DNA of 64,000 nucleotides from Schizochytrium sp. TIO01 (Eukaryota; Protista; Bigyra: Labyrinthulomycetes): contig SMSO01000032.1 in the NCBI GenBank assembly GCA_004764695.1, positions 4,248,483-4,312,482 of the forward strand. Reading direction: 5' to 3'. A program made the position numbers and the translations under genes. A model generated the notes under the pieces. That model saw only the letters and a program-made list of their open reading frames with translations. It did not search any database and had not been told where the DNA came from. Shown one piece after another: positions 50,501 through 60,652 of the stretch (its first letter is position 1; every line of letters begins with the position of its first letter).

Positions 50501-51176
50501 CCTCGTGGCAGGATCTCCAGATGCCTCTGTAGCATTATTCCCATTTTCTACACCAAATATGCCGTTGCATGGACCCAATCGTATTACCCTGCAAGTGTAC
50601 CACGGGCGCGGGCAGGACTCAGACACGTTGGAAATTGTGATCGACCCAACTATGGGCAAGCCCTTTGGATTTATCAATACAAGAATGACTCTTTTGCCTC
50701 CTCGCAACCCCCACATTGTCATTGGATGTCTCCCGGAGCACGATGTCTGGGCAAAGAGCGTCGAGTACAACCTGCGAATGGCATATGGTTATGATGTGAG
50801 CTCCCGTGGTGCAAGTCGTAATCGCCTTCTTGGTGTCTCGGAAGATATCCATAACGCTTGCATTTTTATCTGCTTAGCACCTGTTGTTGGCACTGCATCA
50901 CAGCTCTTTGGATTTCATGAGCATGAGATGAGATACATTTGCAACGCATTTGAGCAAAATTCGGCTTTGGTTATTATGCTTCATAGTCACCTTGACCTTG
51001 AGCGGGAGCTTTCCAGTCCAGAATTTAGCTTCCCTTCTCTACGCCGTGCTCCGGCATTTGCATGCCATATCGATACCATTAACAATGCCGTGTCTGAAGC
51101 TCATGCCTACATTCAACGCAGTCTTCTTAACGCACACGAGCACGGCCCGCGTCTCGAATTCTCCTCTGAAAACTAA
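47544..51176 (+). CDS. Large multidomain protein: His/Gln/Ser-rich disordered regions, unassigned globular domains and a divergent C-terminal TIR-like domain; start uncertain (first in-frame ATG at 48225)
   Basis: Frame open from 47475 to 51176. The C-terminal 140 aa show the TIR beta/alpha pattern. RKKPRR is NLS-like; CDCRSC and HTTCNVC are possible metal ligands. Confidence 0.8.
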   Translation: MAPFAFAASTLTSSSSPLETAKLTARAPELDANPFAPAEAREKDSDFEGEFEDRFEAIHRGQRLGQLPQISSPSSASLSSASTQPHSRSSSPSISSGLPHSYSHLQSHLSQNLCDLQPQYSQPQFSSSVAFSGGNNATGPRGRGITASRQSALENRHFRQDGSGFGLGFGLGFGSSGSYLGAQAALPYSKDNGFEEANPAQDELAGRLGRSWREFGLSDKSKRHLLQMTNGSTHGMLHSQRQHNHNNNNNDGTGNPQHQRRDHMMTEGHHIRQQQHGVNSGSIGQRQQPPPPPPPTMAHPSSLEASHMTTMLGRDNYTGHLDPSHSASSNSSSSSSNVMVPSPPVTSGVPGSASSTTSTSSGGKRKSNNSAALATLSSLASIAGDNDESSPTGRKKPRRQAQTESKGMSLDQHIVFYDLIAKELTMNRRAERDWGKLYHEGGQNFRSWWFEAFPSVSLYKQKGKLLFGERRGRVQLGFWKSLVKRKDMARPSESLVDIVASELEKKANAFPVPNDDSSVPPHMARSEPGINPWSFNVEAAFLTDRLIRGEKGPGSILDWPETPRRAVLSKILKLHRSYGDGFEGVSKHFNHLIVQAEVELAVLSICDCRSCKAWEVGAARGRAPELRLLWSRRRAALVRSVLELHKRFPDDEVKVAILARQQHIEFEPWRDDTIIALLKASHSHTTCNVCLASSAAGIAPLLTSVAGTNMLGHDIHASEHLMSSSHGEVSRLGEDNHSTNQLQQHMPMETSLHAPMRATPHNNHQRHTMGDQQQHQQYYHHHQQHHLMNQTHMHAENNSPSYHSRELQDTYISLVTQNGENNIQILVSQDPASGGTSALRLRYGSRVAFRYNQKLVEQQWSGSSIVANFDPQVTFPEPDRILVSIDGVPKMHIVFDGVKTPQLGANNEHVSFVGLFGYPHGMMRELRAVLYSTMDAQQVLGAQMAEGRALLARSIPLHLDQGTHVHLRWISVLEEQQLVPVNRDAALVAGSPDASVALFPFSTPNMPLHGPNRITLQVYHGRGQDSDTLEIVIDPTMGKPFGFINTRMTLLPPRNPHIVIGCLPEHDVWAKSVEYNLRMAYGYDVSSRGASRNRLLGVSEDIHNACIFICLAPVVGTASQLFGFHEHEMRYICNAFEQNSALVIMLHSHLDLERELSSPEFSFPSLRRAPAFACHIDTINNAVSEAHAYIQRSLLNAHEHGPRLEFSSEN

Positions 51177-53024
51177 ATGGCCACTGATGATGGTTCATTT
51201 TTTTTGTGCTTGGATATCCTCGTTTTAGCACAGCGATATACATTGGTATTTTATACGTGGGCTCCCCACCCTTTTTTTAATTTAGCCTCGAGTGGCTCTT
51301 CATTTGACAAGACAACAACATCAGCTAGTCTACTTCTCTTCCCTTTATTATTATTATTATGTGTCGAAGCCAGCAAAGCACACATGGCACACCGCAACAA
51401 ACATCAACACGAAACTCCTACGTCCACTTTTACGACACATCATAACAATGCGTCGGACGTAATCTGAGAGCTGGACCTCCTTTTCAACAAGTTTATTTAC
51501 TTATCTTCAACCAAAATCCTCAAATAGAAACCCAAAAAACACTCCACGCCCAAATGATGCTAGCTGACTAGCCTTTTGCTAGTTAACTTTTTCTTTTAAA
51601 ATCACGTGCGAGACCCCTGCGAAATTTATTTCTGCGTAGAAAGTAGAGGGAGACGGCAATGGGGTTGCCACACCTATTTTCGCGCATTTTTACGCTCACC
51701 CTTATTGCTTTCCTCCTTCAAGAGAACCTGAACTAAGGCGTGGGCATGCATTTGATAACAACAATTGCTAGCTTTATAACTCTTTTATTTTTTCCTTACT
51801 TCGAAGTCGCCTGATTCTTTTTGCAATTATTTTGTTATCATGGTATCGGTTTTTAATTTTTTTTCGATTTTCATTATTGGGAAATTATTCATCAGAGCCA
51901 TGAGTGATTGCTTCAAAGAAACAGCTTATTTTTTTCAAGCTCACATGAATGATGGCATCTATTGTTCCACACATTTCTTCAATCCCCTGTAAACCAATAA
52001 TAAAATTTGCTATTCCTTGAACAGTTCATGTGCGCAACTAGAAAGTATATGTATATATACATTAAACTTAGGGTGCTTGTAAGTTCCCTGGATTCATGTT
52101 TTGAACAAAATGATAATCTCTTAGTGAGGTTTTCCCCTCTCGGTATGCATTATATTCGCCCCAACACGAGCCGCTCTTTCCTCCATACAAAACCAACCAT
52201 AGTACGGTATTTACCACCTCAACTACTAGAAAAGCTATAGATGAGCGCTAGTATGATCGCTTAGGAGAAACTAACCTCATCGATAAGTCAAGAATATAAT
52301 TTCAATTATTCACTTGTATTGCCTAAAGTCTATTTTAACGAAGCGTACTATACTATCATGTATAGTTGACAGTCATCATAGTGTTACATATTCTATAGGT
52401 CTACCCATATAAGTAATATTAAACCTTCGAAGAGAGAAGATCACTTAAAGAACAGGAATGGGCGAAGGGAGAGACCAAAGCGAGCGAGGCTTGTCTCAGC
52501 TTTCAGGCAGGCGTCGCCAAATCCGATTGTGCGGCCTGTGCCGGTAGCCCTCGTTTGCGTGGCCTGTGGCAGTGACTCAGGGAAGTTCTGAAGCACCCCG
52601 CGTGTGACGCAAGTACGCCCTGCGCAGATACGTGGGAGATCAGTAGCACCAGCCCTTCATCGGCGCTCTCTTGAGCGATTTTGACAGATTGGACAGAGTC
52701 TCAGCAAGACCAAGCGAGCTTGAGCTCATCAAACGTCGTTCCTCGCGTCTTATTGAAGACCTGAGCAGTTGTGCTAGGGTCAGTTCGTGTTCACGCGTGT
52801 CTAAGCTAGCTGGCGTCAGCTGCAGACTTGAACCTTGAATCCCGGACCTGAAACATATCACCCTTTCTCGAGTGTTCAACTGTTCCTGTTGGCGCTACGG
52901 ATTTTTTGATTTTTTAGAACCAATCTTTCTATTCCTAGAGGAATTCTTGAGGAGGCGATCTCTCATTCGTAAAATCTTTCCTAAAAGAACTGGCAGTAGC
53001 TTAAAATCAAACTAGAAAGTGAAC

Positions 53025-53375
53025 ATGTCGGCAGATCAGAAGCTTTCAGTACCTATTAGACTTCTCCTTGAGGGAATTGGCCACACAGTCACGGTGGAAA
53101 TGAAGAACGGAGAGTCATACCGTGGGCAACTTATGGAGGCAGAAACGACAATGAACATCCAGCTCACTGGAGCAATGCACACAGCTCGCAATGGCCAGAA
53201 AAGGAAACTGGAGCACGCTTACTTGCGAGGAACAAACGTGAAATACATCGTGCTGCCCTCATTTCTCCAGGAGGCACCTATCTTCAAATCCGTAAACACT
53301 ATGAAAGCAAAACATGACCGCGAACAGGCAGTCAAGGATAAGCGGAAGCAACAGTCCCGCCCCAAACGCAACTAA
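53025..53375 (+). CDS. Sm-fold protein, SmD3-like (divergent, no RG tail)
   Basis: VPIRLLLEGIGHTVTVEMKNGESYRGQLMEAE..MN (Sm1), LEHAYLRG..YIVLP..LQEAPIF (Sm2 and SmD3-type extension). ATG at 53025. Confidence 0.85.
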   Translation: MSADQKLSVPIRLLLEGIGHTVTVEMKNGESYRGQLMEAETTMNIQLTGAMHTARNGQKRKLEHAYLRGTNVKYIVLPSFLQEAPIFKSVNTMKAKHDREQAVKDKRKQQSRPKRN

Positions 53376-55391
53376 TATACAGCTTAGCTTTTAAACGACC
53401 ACAAAACGTCTATTTGTATTTGTTTTCTTACTTCTGGCATGCCCTATTTTCTTATATTGTTTTTTGTTTCCTGAGATGATGATACTTGGTGTTTTCCCTT
53501 TTACGTTCGAACACTGAGTATTGCATGGTCTATCTGTTGAAAATTATATGTTGCTTTCCCCTTTATTTCTGCTGTTCTTGTGTTCGCGCCCAGAAAGCCT
53601 GCAACTTCATTTTCAAGTATCCTTACTCGAAAACTTGTTTCTGCATTATTCTTGTTATACTGGAGAAAGTTAGTTATAGTGCACAACCTCTGCAGGAATA
53701 TATCACATATCCTATTAAACTGTGTCATAACATTTGAGTTGGTATTTCTCGCTTTTCCTTATCGAGAAATAGCACTTGACTCGTGTATATTCTGGAATGT
53801 TCAATACACTAATTACTTTCTGAACCTGAAAACATCAGATTAAACCGTCATGAACCTCAGCTTTGACCCTGTTATTAATGCATACTCAGCCAATCTACTC
53901 TAAAGTGCATACCGCAGTGGAATTAGCTAATGAGGTTTGTCAGAAAAAATAATAATAGAAAACACTACTATCTTCGTGCATTGTACCTCTCAATTTGTTA
54001 TACAACCTAACCAGACGCCGAGCATTTGGCTTGCTGTTTATTTGAGTATCAATACCTCGTTAGCCAATCCCCCTTATTTACACTACCTATGGTCAAATAT
54101 TTGCTTCAAGCAAAGATGTCATCATTTCTTCACACATATAAGGCAAAAAGCTCTGCTACACTTTTATCGTGCAGAGCTCAACGAACAGAAGATCTTCGGT
54201 TTTTACAGTAAATTCTATGCTCTCAACAAGGTGCAGACAGACAGCATAGGTACTTCAAGTTGCTGTCTTGGCAACTGGTGATGTATACATGCACGTCCGC
54301 CCGTTTTGGGGAATAAATATTTTCTTGCAAAACCTCACCTAACTCCGGTCGAGTAGCTTTATTACCTTTAACTGTCCGACCGATACCCCATCAGGGGTTT
54401 TGATAGCCCCATTATCTCGCGACCTGGTGCAGTGTGGATTATGAGCTCTTCACACTGGGGGTTAAAATAGCTGTTTTGGGGACGAGGGCTGAAGGCGCCT
54501 CCTTCCTACTTGCAACGGGTGCCTGTCTCTGTTACCGTTACCGTTACGGTGCATAGTATACGAACTATAGGCGATGTCCACGGAAATTCTATCAGAGCAG
54601 TTATCCTAAAGTTAAACAAACCTTTATTTTAATTTTAAAATGGCGTTTATTATTATTGTATAGGCTATAATATATATGTTTTAATACAACAATTTAGAAA
54701 CATCATTTTCTCCATTTATTTGGTAATTGCGTATCCTTCCTTTTCTTAATCACTAGCTAGAGACACGCGGGACCGGAAAGAATGAACTGGTCCTGTCAAG
54801 TTGAGACCCTTGTGCCTCTTTTGATACTATGAATACATTCCTCAATCGTACTCGCCGGTATTGCCAATTCAATCAACAAGCAACTCGAAGTCCCAGTTCC
54901 AAGCGCAAACATCGGAAAGGTCGATTTGAAGTGTGCAGGAGACTGTGATCTGTCCTCAGGCTTTCTACTAAATTCAAGTTCTACTTACAAGGTTTTTCAG
55001 GAGTTACATACAGGAGGTGCTATTGCTGTATGGGGCTCCAAGAGGGAAAACACCCTCATTTTTTTTAATTTTGAGATTCATTTTTTGAAATAAACGCTGC
55101 CATGGTCTGGAGAAGAGGCATAATTAGCGATATAAGTGGGCCTTTCTTCTTCGAAGTACACCATAATTATTATGAAGAATATGAAAACTTCTATCTAAAT
55201 AGAGACATGTTGTGCACTACAGCCACTCCAGCACCTATTGACACATTCCAGCACATGCCAGCCCAATACCGTAAACAAATGAAATATCCTAACTCCTGAT
55301 TGTTACGAATGCAAGTATGATCTTATGTAGACTGTAGTTTTCTCAATGTATTAAAGGCTCTTGCATTTTTCTACTGCAGCGGTAATGCCTC

Positions 55392-55729
55392 TAATGAAAC
55401 GTGGTTATGATTACTTAGAGGTATTTGGGGAAATGTCTTAGGTGGTAGTAATTAGTTATTACTATGGCTAGGATTGTCTTGTAGAATGTGCTTGATAAAT
55501 TCAAGTGCTTCTGGTCGCTTTGGTATTTCGGGTCTGCCTGCAGGTTTTGCTTTTGCAGACTCCTCTTGATGCTTGCTTGATTCCCTTCATTCCCTGGTTG
55601 ATTCCAGCGCAGTGTTGTACATCACCCATCATGCCATCGTGACACTTTTGTCCTGCTCTCGTCAGATAGGGGCTCCTCTTAATCTTGCGAAGTCATGTCG
55701 CAGAGATGTGTCTGAATTCCTTCTCAGTA
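55392..55729 (-). repeat. 3-prime LTR (338 bp)
   Basis: Matches 60653-60989 apart from one A indel and one T/G substitution by my reading. Confidence 0.96.
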
Positions 55730-58700
55730 CTCCCCCCAAGTCCGCCGGTTGAGCTTTCATGAGTGTGTCGCTATGTCTCCAATGTGGCTCAATAGGTAAG
55801 GACTTTGTCAAACAGTCTGAAGGGTTAAGTTGGCCGGGAATGTGATATACTTTGATCTTGCCTTCTTCTTGTAGTACTGATAAACTGAGATATTTGAGAG
55901 CCAAGTGTTTATTACGGTCGTTCCAGTGACCTCTGTTTAATACATCAACGAGTGACTGAGAGTCCGTGTAAATATGTATGACTCCTGTATTCACACCGAG
56001 TTCGTGTAAGAAATTTTTGACTCCTATTGCAGCTCGTGTGGCTTCATGAATACTCATCATTTCGGCTTCCAGGGTACTTAAGGCAATCATTGATTGGCGG
56101 GTGGATTTCCACAGTACTGTACTGTCGTTAATTCTAATCACATAACCAGAAACAGATTTAAGGTGAGGATCTTCAACTGCAGCATAACTCGCGTCTGCGA
56201 ATACGTTAATTTGTAAGTCTTGTTCGGAAGTATGTCCTCGTAATGTTAATCCATACTCCTGGGTTCCTTTAATGTAACGCATTATTCGTTTTAGGGCATG
56301 CATGTGAATGTCACCATTCTTATGTCCGTGTCTGCTGACTTGATGAAGTGCGAATGCTAAGTCGATCCTAGTCTGTCCTAAGTAAAGTAATTTTCCGAGA
56401 ATCGATCTGTAGTCCCTGTGTTGTTCCTCTATTGGATGGTCCGGTAAACTACACCCCTTTTCTAATGGTGTTTTAGTAAAGTTTGCGTTGGACATTCCAC
56501 TAGTCTCGAGTATCTTTGCAGCGAATTTTTCTTGCGAGATTGTGCACACTTTGTCTTGTCTGTTGTACTTGAATTTGAGTCCCAGGTAATACACTTCTTC
56601 TGGATTGTGTTGTACTTTTACCTCGTACTTGTTCATAAGTGCTTGAACAGTGTTGCGAACCGCATTTGTCGTTCCAAATATGAAAAGATCATCAACATGA
56701 GTAATGATAATGGAATTTTCGTTCATGTAGCAACTGGGATCAAATTTGCTTTTCCTGAGTCCACTGTCACAGAGTGTCTTTGACAAATGCTGGGACCAAC
56801 GTCTTGGGCTTGTTCGGAGGCCATAAAGTGAGCGAGCTAACTTATAAACATGTCCATCCGGGACTGTTACACCTTCAGGTGGTTCTACAAAGATATTCTC
56901 GTTGTCGTGGTCGATTTCAGCTTGAAGAAAGGCTGCGGACACGTCTAGTACTGCTGTTGCCCAATTTCGAGTTAGAGCAACTACAAGAGCAGTTCGAAGT
57001 GTTAGGCGATCTGAAGTTGGTGCATAGACGTCGACTTTCGATTCGAGTGGTTCGTCAAAGCCTTGCACAACTAGTCGTGCTTTTGCGATGTCTTCGATTT
57101 CTTTGTAGGTAAATACCCATCTGGCTCCCATGGTACCTGTGGTGGCAGTAGATCTTGGGACAAGTAAGAAAGTGCCGCTTCGTTCAAGGTTTGACCATTC
57201 TTTCCGAATAGCTTCTATCCAAGGTTCTTGATCTTCAGGCTTCATCCTTGTAAATTCTTTGTATGTCTTTGGAACTGTGATATTTGGAGTCAGTCGCATA
57301 ATGGAATTATGTGCTGTTTGCATGACATTGCTGTTGTTGGTTTTCTGCTTTACGGAATTTGTTAGATTCTCCCCCTGACGTGAAGCATGAAAGGCTCCGT
57401 CAGAACGTGGACGTTTGGTTCCGTGTTGAGTATGTGTCATGGAAACACGCTCCCCCATTCCTGAGAAGTCAGGTTGGGACTGCTCCCCCATTCCGGTTAC
57501 GGGTATATTTAGTGCACTGTATGTGTGTCTATTTGCTGCACCAAATGCAGTTTCAGCGTCAATGTTAATTCGTGTAACTGGAATTCGTGTACGATTGCTA
57601 CGTCTGATACCCGTGGTGATGATAGGTTCCTGTGAGGGTTTATAATCATCATCGTTATCATCAGCATCGTTTTCATCTCCTGCATTATGGGAGGGTGCTC
57701 TGAGTAGTGTATTTTGATCATTTGTACTTCTATGTGGTTCATAGGCATCTGCTTCGACTCTAGCAAAGTCAGGGTTCTCATAATCATCTGATACAAAGTC
57801 AGGGTTCTCATAATCATCTGATCCGGGGTTAGCGAAGTCAGGTTTCTCAGAATCGTCTGCTCCGGGGTTAGCGAAGTCAGGTTTCTCATTCATTAACATG
57901 ACCGCACTCGTCGCCCGTCTGGATAAAAGAGGGGAACTCAAAATCGGTTCATTTAGAGTGGGTGATAAAATATTAAGTGGAGACTGTGAGGTCATTCCAT
58001 CTTTGTCGGGCGGTAAAGCCTGAGCAGTGTGTTCAAGCGGTGAAGCTGTCACAGTACTGTTAGAGGATGTGTTTATAGTCGGGCGGTTAGTCCCCAAGGG
58101 TGTTACAGATGAAGGAGTAAGGTTAGTAGAGTTTGATACGTCAACCCAGTTATTGGTATCGGATGTATCATGTGGAGTGCGCGATAATGCAGGTGAGGTT
58201 AGTGGTCCAGAATTCAATGGATCTTCAAAGCAGTTGAGTACGCGATTCGTAATGAAGTCGTCATAGAAAACGACATCTCGGCTAACAACAAAACGTTTCG
58301 TATCTCGAGTTAGGATGAGATGTGTATCATAATTGTACTCCCGTGCAGGGCCTAGGTACAGGCCGCGTAGACCTCTAGGTGTAAGTTTGTTTGGAGGACT
58401 CTGATTCTTGAAGACCACGTCACTCCCAAAGATATGTAAATGATCAAGGGATGGCGGTTTGCCATAGTGACGTTCGTATGGTGAGATTCGATGGCGTTGA
58501 GTGCATAAACGATTCCGGAGATAGGCTGCGTGCTGATACGCGAGCCACCAGAATTTATCTGGAAGTTGTGCCGTACGGAGTAAGACTCGAGTAAGTCGTA
58601 GGAAAGTGCCATTTATTGATTCCGCTGGGTGTAGAGCGTGAGCTCCACTGGGACTAATGCTAAGTGTCCAATCCCATTCGTCACAGAGACGTCGGAATTC

Positions 58701-60620
58701 TCCATGAAGGAAATATTTGGCTCCGTCTACGTACAGGCGAGCTGGACGTTTCTCATAGCCATGCCAGTCGGCACGCCATCGTTTGAGAGCAATTGAAACT
58801 TCGCTCGGAGTAGTCATTCCGTATGGTTGAGCAATGTCTGAGGCTAAGTCTCGTGCTATCAGAACATATCGAATGTTCTTGGGTAAGCCATCGACAGGCA
58901 TTGGTCCTACTACATCAAGTGTCGCGGCTTGTTGTGGTTTGTAGGAACGTTCTTCATGTGGTCCCTGTGGGACAGGTCGCGTCTTGATGTTGCATTGAGG
59001 ACATCGAAATTTGATTTTGGAGACCGGGACGCCTAATGTATGTGACATCCGGATGGGATTAGGATGGCCCAGACGTAGATGCAATGTTAGCCAGTCCTTG
59101 TTATTGACTTGGGTAGTGGTTACTGCCAGAGCTTGTTGTTTGGTACTGAATGTTAGTGTTGGAGATCCATGATATGAACCCAACTGTATTTGTTCTGTAC
59201 TAGGGGTATCCATAATAAGTTGTCGTAAATGGATATCATAGCCTTGTACAAGAAGGTCACTTGTAGAGATGAGAGTAGATTTCATTGCTGGACAGTAGTC
59301 TGCCATGAGGCGTATCTGTGTAACTTTCCCGTCAGTGGTTGGAACCTCAAAGAGTGCAACTCCACCTTGAGTAACGGTAAGGTGTGTGCCGCCTGCCACT
59401 TCTATGCGTCTCTTATCAGGGAGATTGTAGAATTCTATGAATACATCTCGATTGGCGGTAATCGTTCTTGTGCATCCCGTATCTAAGATAGCCATGTTGG
59501 AGGGTATCGAAGGTCCCACATGGAATCCGTAACCATCGACATAAGTATCAAAGCTGTTGTTGTTCGTGGTCGAGTTGGTTGAGTTTGTAGGGATATGAAT
59601 GTTCTGCATGGTTACAGCTGGATCTGCACCTCGGTTGTTTGGCGGGGACGAAGGTCGTCGAGCCTTATGTGGGTGTTGTCGCTGCGGTTGATTCGCACGT
59701 GAGTGTGTATACTGCTGGCGCGGATGTGCACTTGGATAGGTTCTGCATTCGTCACCATAGTGCCCCTTTTTGCCACACCTTTTGCAGACAATGGTGCTCC
59801 GGTACGAACGTTTCCGATTGTACCGACCTTTGTTCTGTTGGTCAGGTGGACCTTGCGCCATCATAGCTGATTGTTGGACTGGTTCTCGAGCTGTTTTCGA
59901 GTATAGATGGTCATTTTCGTGAGGGTTTACATTGCCAAGTTCCTCTGCATCCATGTGGAGACTCTTTCTATTACCCGCCAGGATTGTCCTGAGTTCGGAA
60001 CTAGATGCGAATGACCCTATGCTGCTTAGTGTCGTAAGTAGCATTAATGAAGCAATTTCTTTTGCCACATTGTTTGGGTCCACATAAGTGAGTAGTTCTT
60101 CCACTATCGATTCTGCCTTAGCATAAAGGACTTTGAACTCTGATTTTCCTCGTCGTTGTCTCGCGATGAGTTCTTTTCTTGAGTTTAAGGCTGAGAATGC
60201 TTTTATCAAAGCTATGGCTCCTCCATTGTTTTTCGATAAGAAATGCGCTTCCAGGTTCTCCCATGCCTTGAGGCCTGACATGGTTTCTGTATTGTTCTTG
60301 TTCATGACGAAAAGTAAGTCTCCTTGTGAGCTTACTATTCCTACTAGAAAGGCATATAGTTTTGTATCCATAGCTAGTTTAGTCATTGGATCAGTACACG
60401 CTCGTATACTTGCTGGATTTAGGTTCCTTATATTCATATTAGTAAGTAATTCAATACGAGTTGTTCTCCACGTATCTATCCCACCAATCTTTATTTGGGG
60501 TAGACTCCATCTCGAGTGGTCGAAGATGGCATCACCTACGATCCTCCTATTTTCTCGGTTGGCACTGGCCGTCGCGTCTGTATGAGACGAGGAGGTTGCG
60601 TTTTCTTCGTGTTGAGACAT
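55662..60620 (-). CDS. Copia Gag-Pol polyprotein (1652 aa, uninterrupted)
   Basis: Zinc knuckle CKRCGKKGHYGDEC; protease ILDTGCT; integrase HLRLGH..CPQC, LDVVGP, VDGAKYF, AESINGT; RT KARLVVQGF, LYGLRTSPRRW, HVDDL; RNase H FADASYA, EAE, DSQS, NPSDCLTK. The stop codon lies 68 nt inside the 3-prime LTR. Confidence 0.97.
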   Translation of the reverse strand: MSQHEENATSSSHTDATASANRENRRIVGDAIFDHSRWSLPQIKIGGIDTWRTTRIELLTNMNIRNLNPASIRACTDPMTKLAMDTKLYAFLVGIVSSQGDLLFVMNKNNTETMSGLKAWENLEAHFLSKNNGGAIALIKAFSALNSRKELIARQRRGKSEFKVLYAKAESIVEELLTYVDPNNVAKEIASLMLLTTLSSIGSFASSSELRTILAGNRKSLHMDAEELGNVNPHENDHLYSKTAREPVQQSAMMAQGPPDQQNKGRYNRKRSYRSTIVCKRCGKKGHYGDECRTYPSAHPRQQYTHSRANQPQRQHPHKARRPSSPPNNRGADPAVTMQNIHIPTNSTNSTTNNNSFDTYVDGYGFHVGPSIPSNMAILDTGCTRTITANRDVFIEFYNLPDKRRIEVAGGTHLTVTQGGVALFEVPTTDGKVTQIRLMADYCPAMKSTLISTSDLLVQGYDIHLRQLIMDTPSTEQIQLGSYHGSPTLTFSTKQQALAVTTTQVNNKDWLTLHLRLGHPNPIRMSHTLGVPVSKIKFRCPQCNIKTRPVPQGPHEERSYKPQQAATLDVVGPMPVDGLPKNIRYVLIARDLASDIAQPYGMTTPSEVSIALKRWRADWHGYEKRPARLYVDGAKYFLHGEFRRLCDEWDWTLSISPSGAHALHPAESINGTFLRLTRVLLRTAQLPDKFWWLAYQHAAYLRNRLCTQRHRISPYERHYGKPPSLDHLHIFGSDVVFKNQSPPNKLTPRGLRGLYLGPAREYNYDTHLILTRDTKRFVVSRDVVFYDDFITNRVLNCFEDPLNSGPLTSPALSRTPHDTSDTNNWVDVSNSTNLTPSSVTPLGTNRPTINTSSNSTVTASPLEHTAQALPPDKDGMTSQSPLNILSPTLNEPILSSPLLSRRATSAVMLMNEKPDFANPGADDSEKPDFANPGSDDYENPDFVSDDYENPDFARVEADAYEPHRSTNDQNTLLRAPSHNAGDENDADDNDDDYKPSQEPIITTGIRRSNRTRIPVTRINIDAETAFGAANRHTYSALNIPVTGMGEQSQPDFSGMGERVSMTHTQHGTKRPRSDGAFHASRQGENLTNSVKQKTNNSNVMQTAHNSIMRLTPNITVPKTYKEFTRMKPEDQEPWIEAIRKEWSNLERSGTFLLVPRSTATTGTMGARWVFTYKEIEDIAKARLVVQGFDEPLESKVDVYAPTSDRLTLRTALVVALTRNWATAVLDVSAAFLQAEIDHDNENIFVEPPEGVTVPDGHVYKLARSLYGLRTSPRRWSQHLSKTLCDSGLRKSKFDPSCYMNENSIIITHVDDLFIFGTTNAVRNTVQALMNKYEVKVQHNPEEVYYLGLKFKYNRQDKVCTISQEKFAAKILETSGMSNANFTKTPLEKGCSLPDHPIEEQHRDYRSILGKLLYLGQTRIDLAFALHQVSRHGHKNGDIHMHALKRIMRYIKGTQEYGLTLRGHTSEQDLQINVFADASYAAVEDPHLKSVSGYVIRINDSTVLWKSTRQSMIALSTLEAEMMSIHEATRAAIGVKNFLHELGVNTGVIHIYTDSQSLVDVLNRGHWNDRNKHLALKYLSLSVLQEEGKIKVYHIPGQLNPSDCLTKSLPIEPHWRHSDTLMKAQPADLGGVLRRNSDTSLRHDFARLRGAPI
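55730..55737 (-). other. Polypurine tract GGGGGGAG
   Basis: Immediately precedes the 3-prime LTR on the element strand. Confidence 0.85.
57763..57888 (-). repeat. In-frame minisatellite (39- and 30-bp units) in the integrase-RT spacer encoding four E[KN]PDF repeats
   Basis: EKPDFANPGADDS EKPDFANPGSDDY ENPDFVSDDY ENPDFA. Confidence 0.9.
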
Positions 60621-60639
60621 TTTTCCAAATGAGTTATCT

Positions 60640-60652
60640 TGGGCCCATAACC
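60640..60652 (-). other. Primer-binding site GGTTATGGGCCCA, complementary to the anticodon arm of initiator tRNA-Met (half-tRNA priming)
   Basis: Abuts the 5-prime LTR with no spacer; same PBS type as Drosophila copia and yeast Ty5. Confidence 0.9.
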
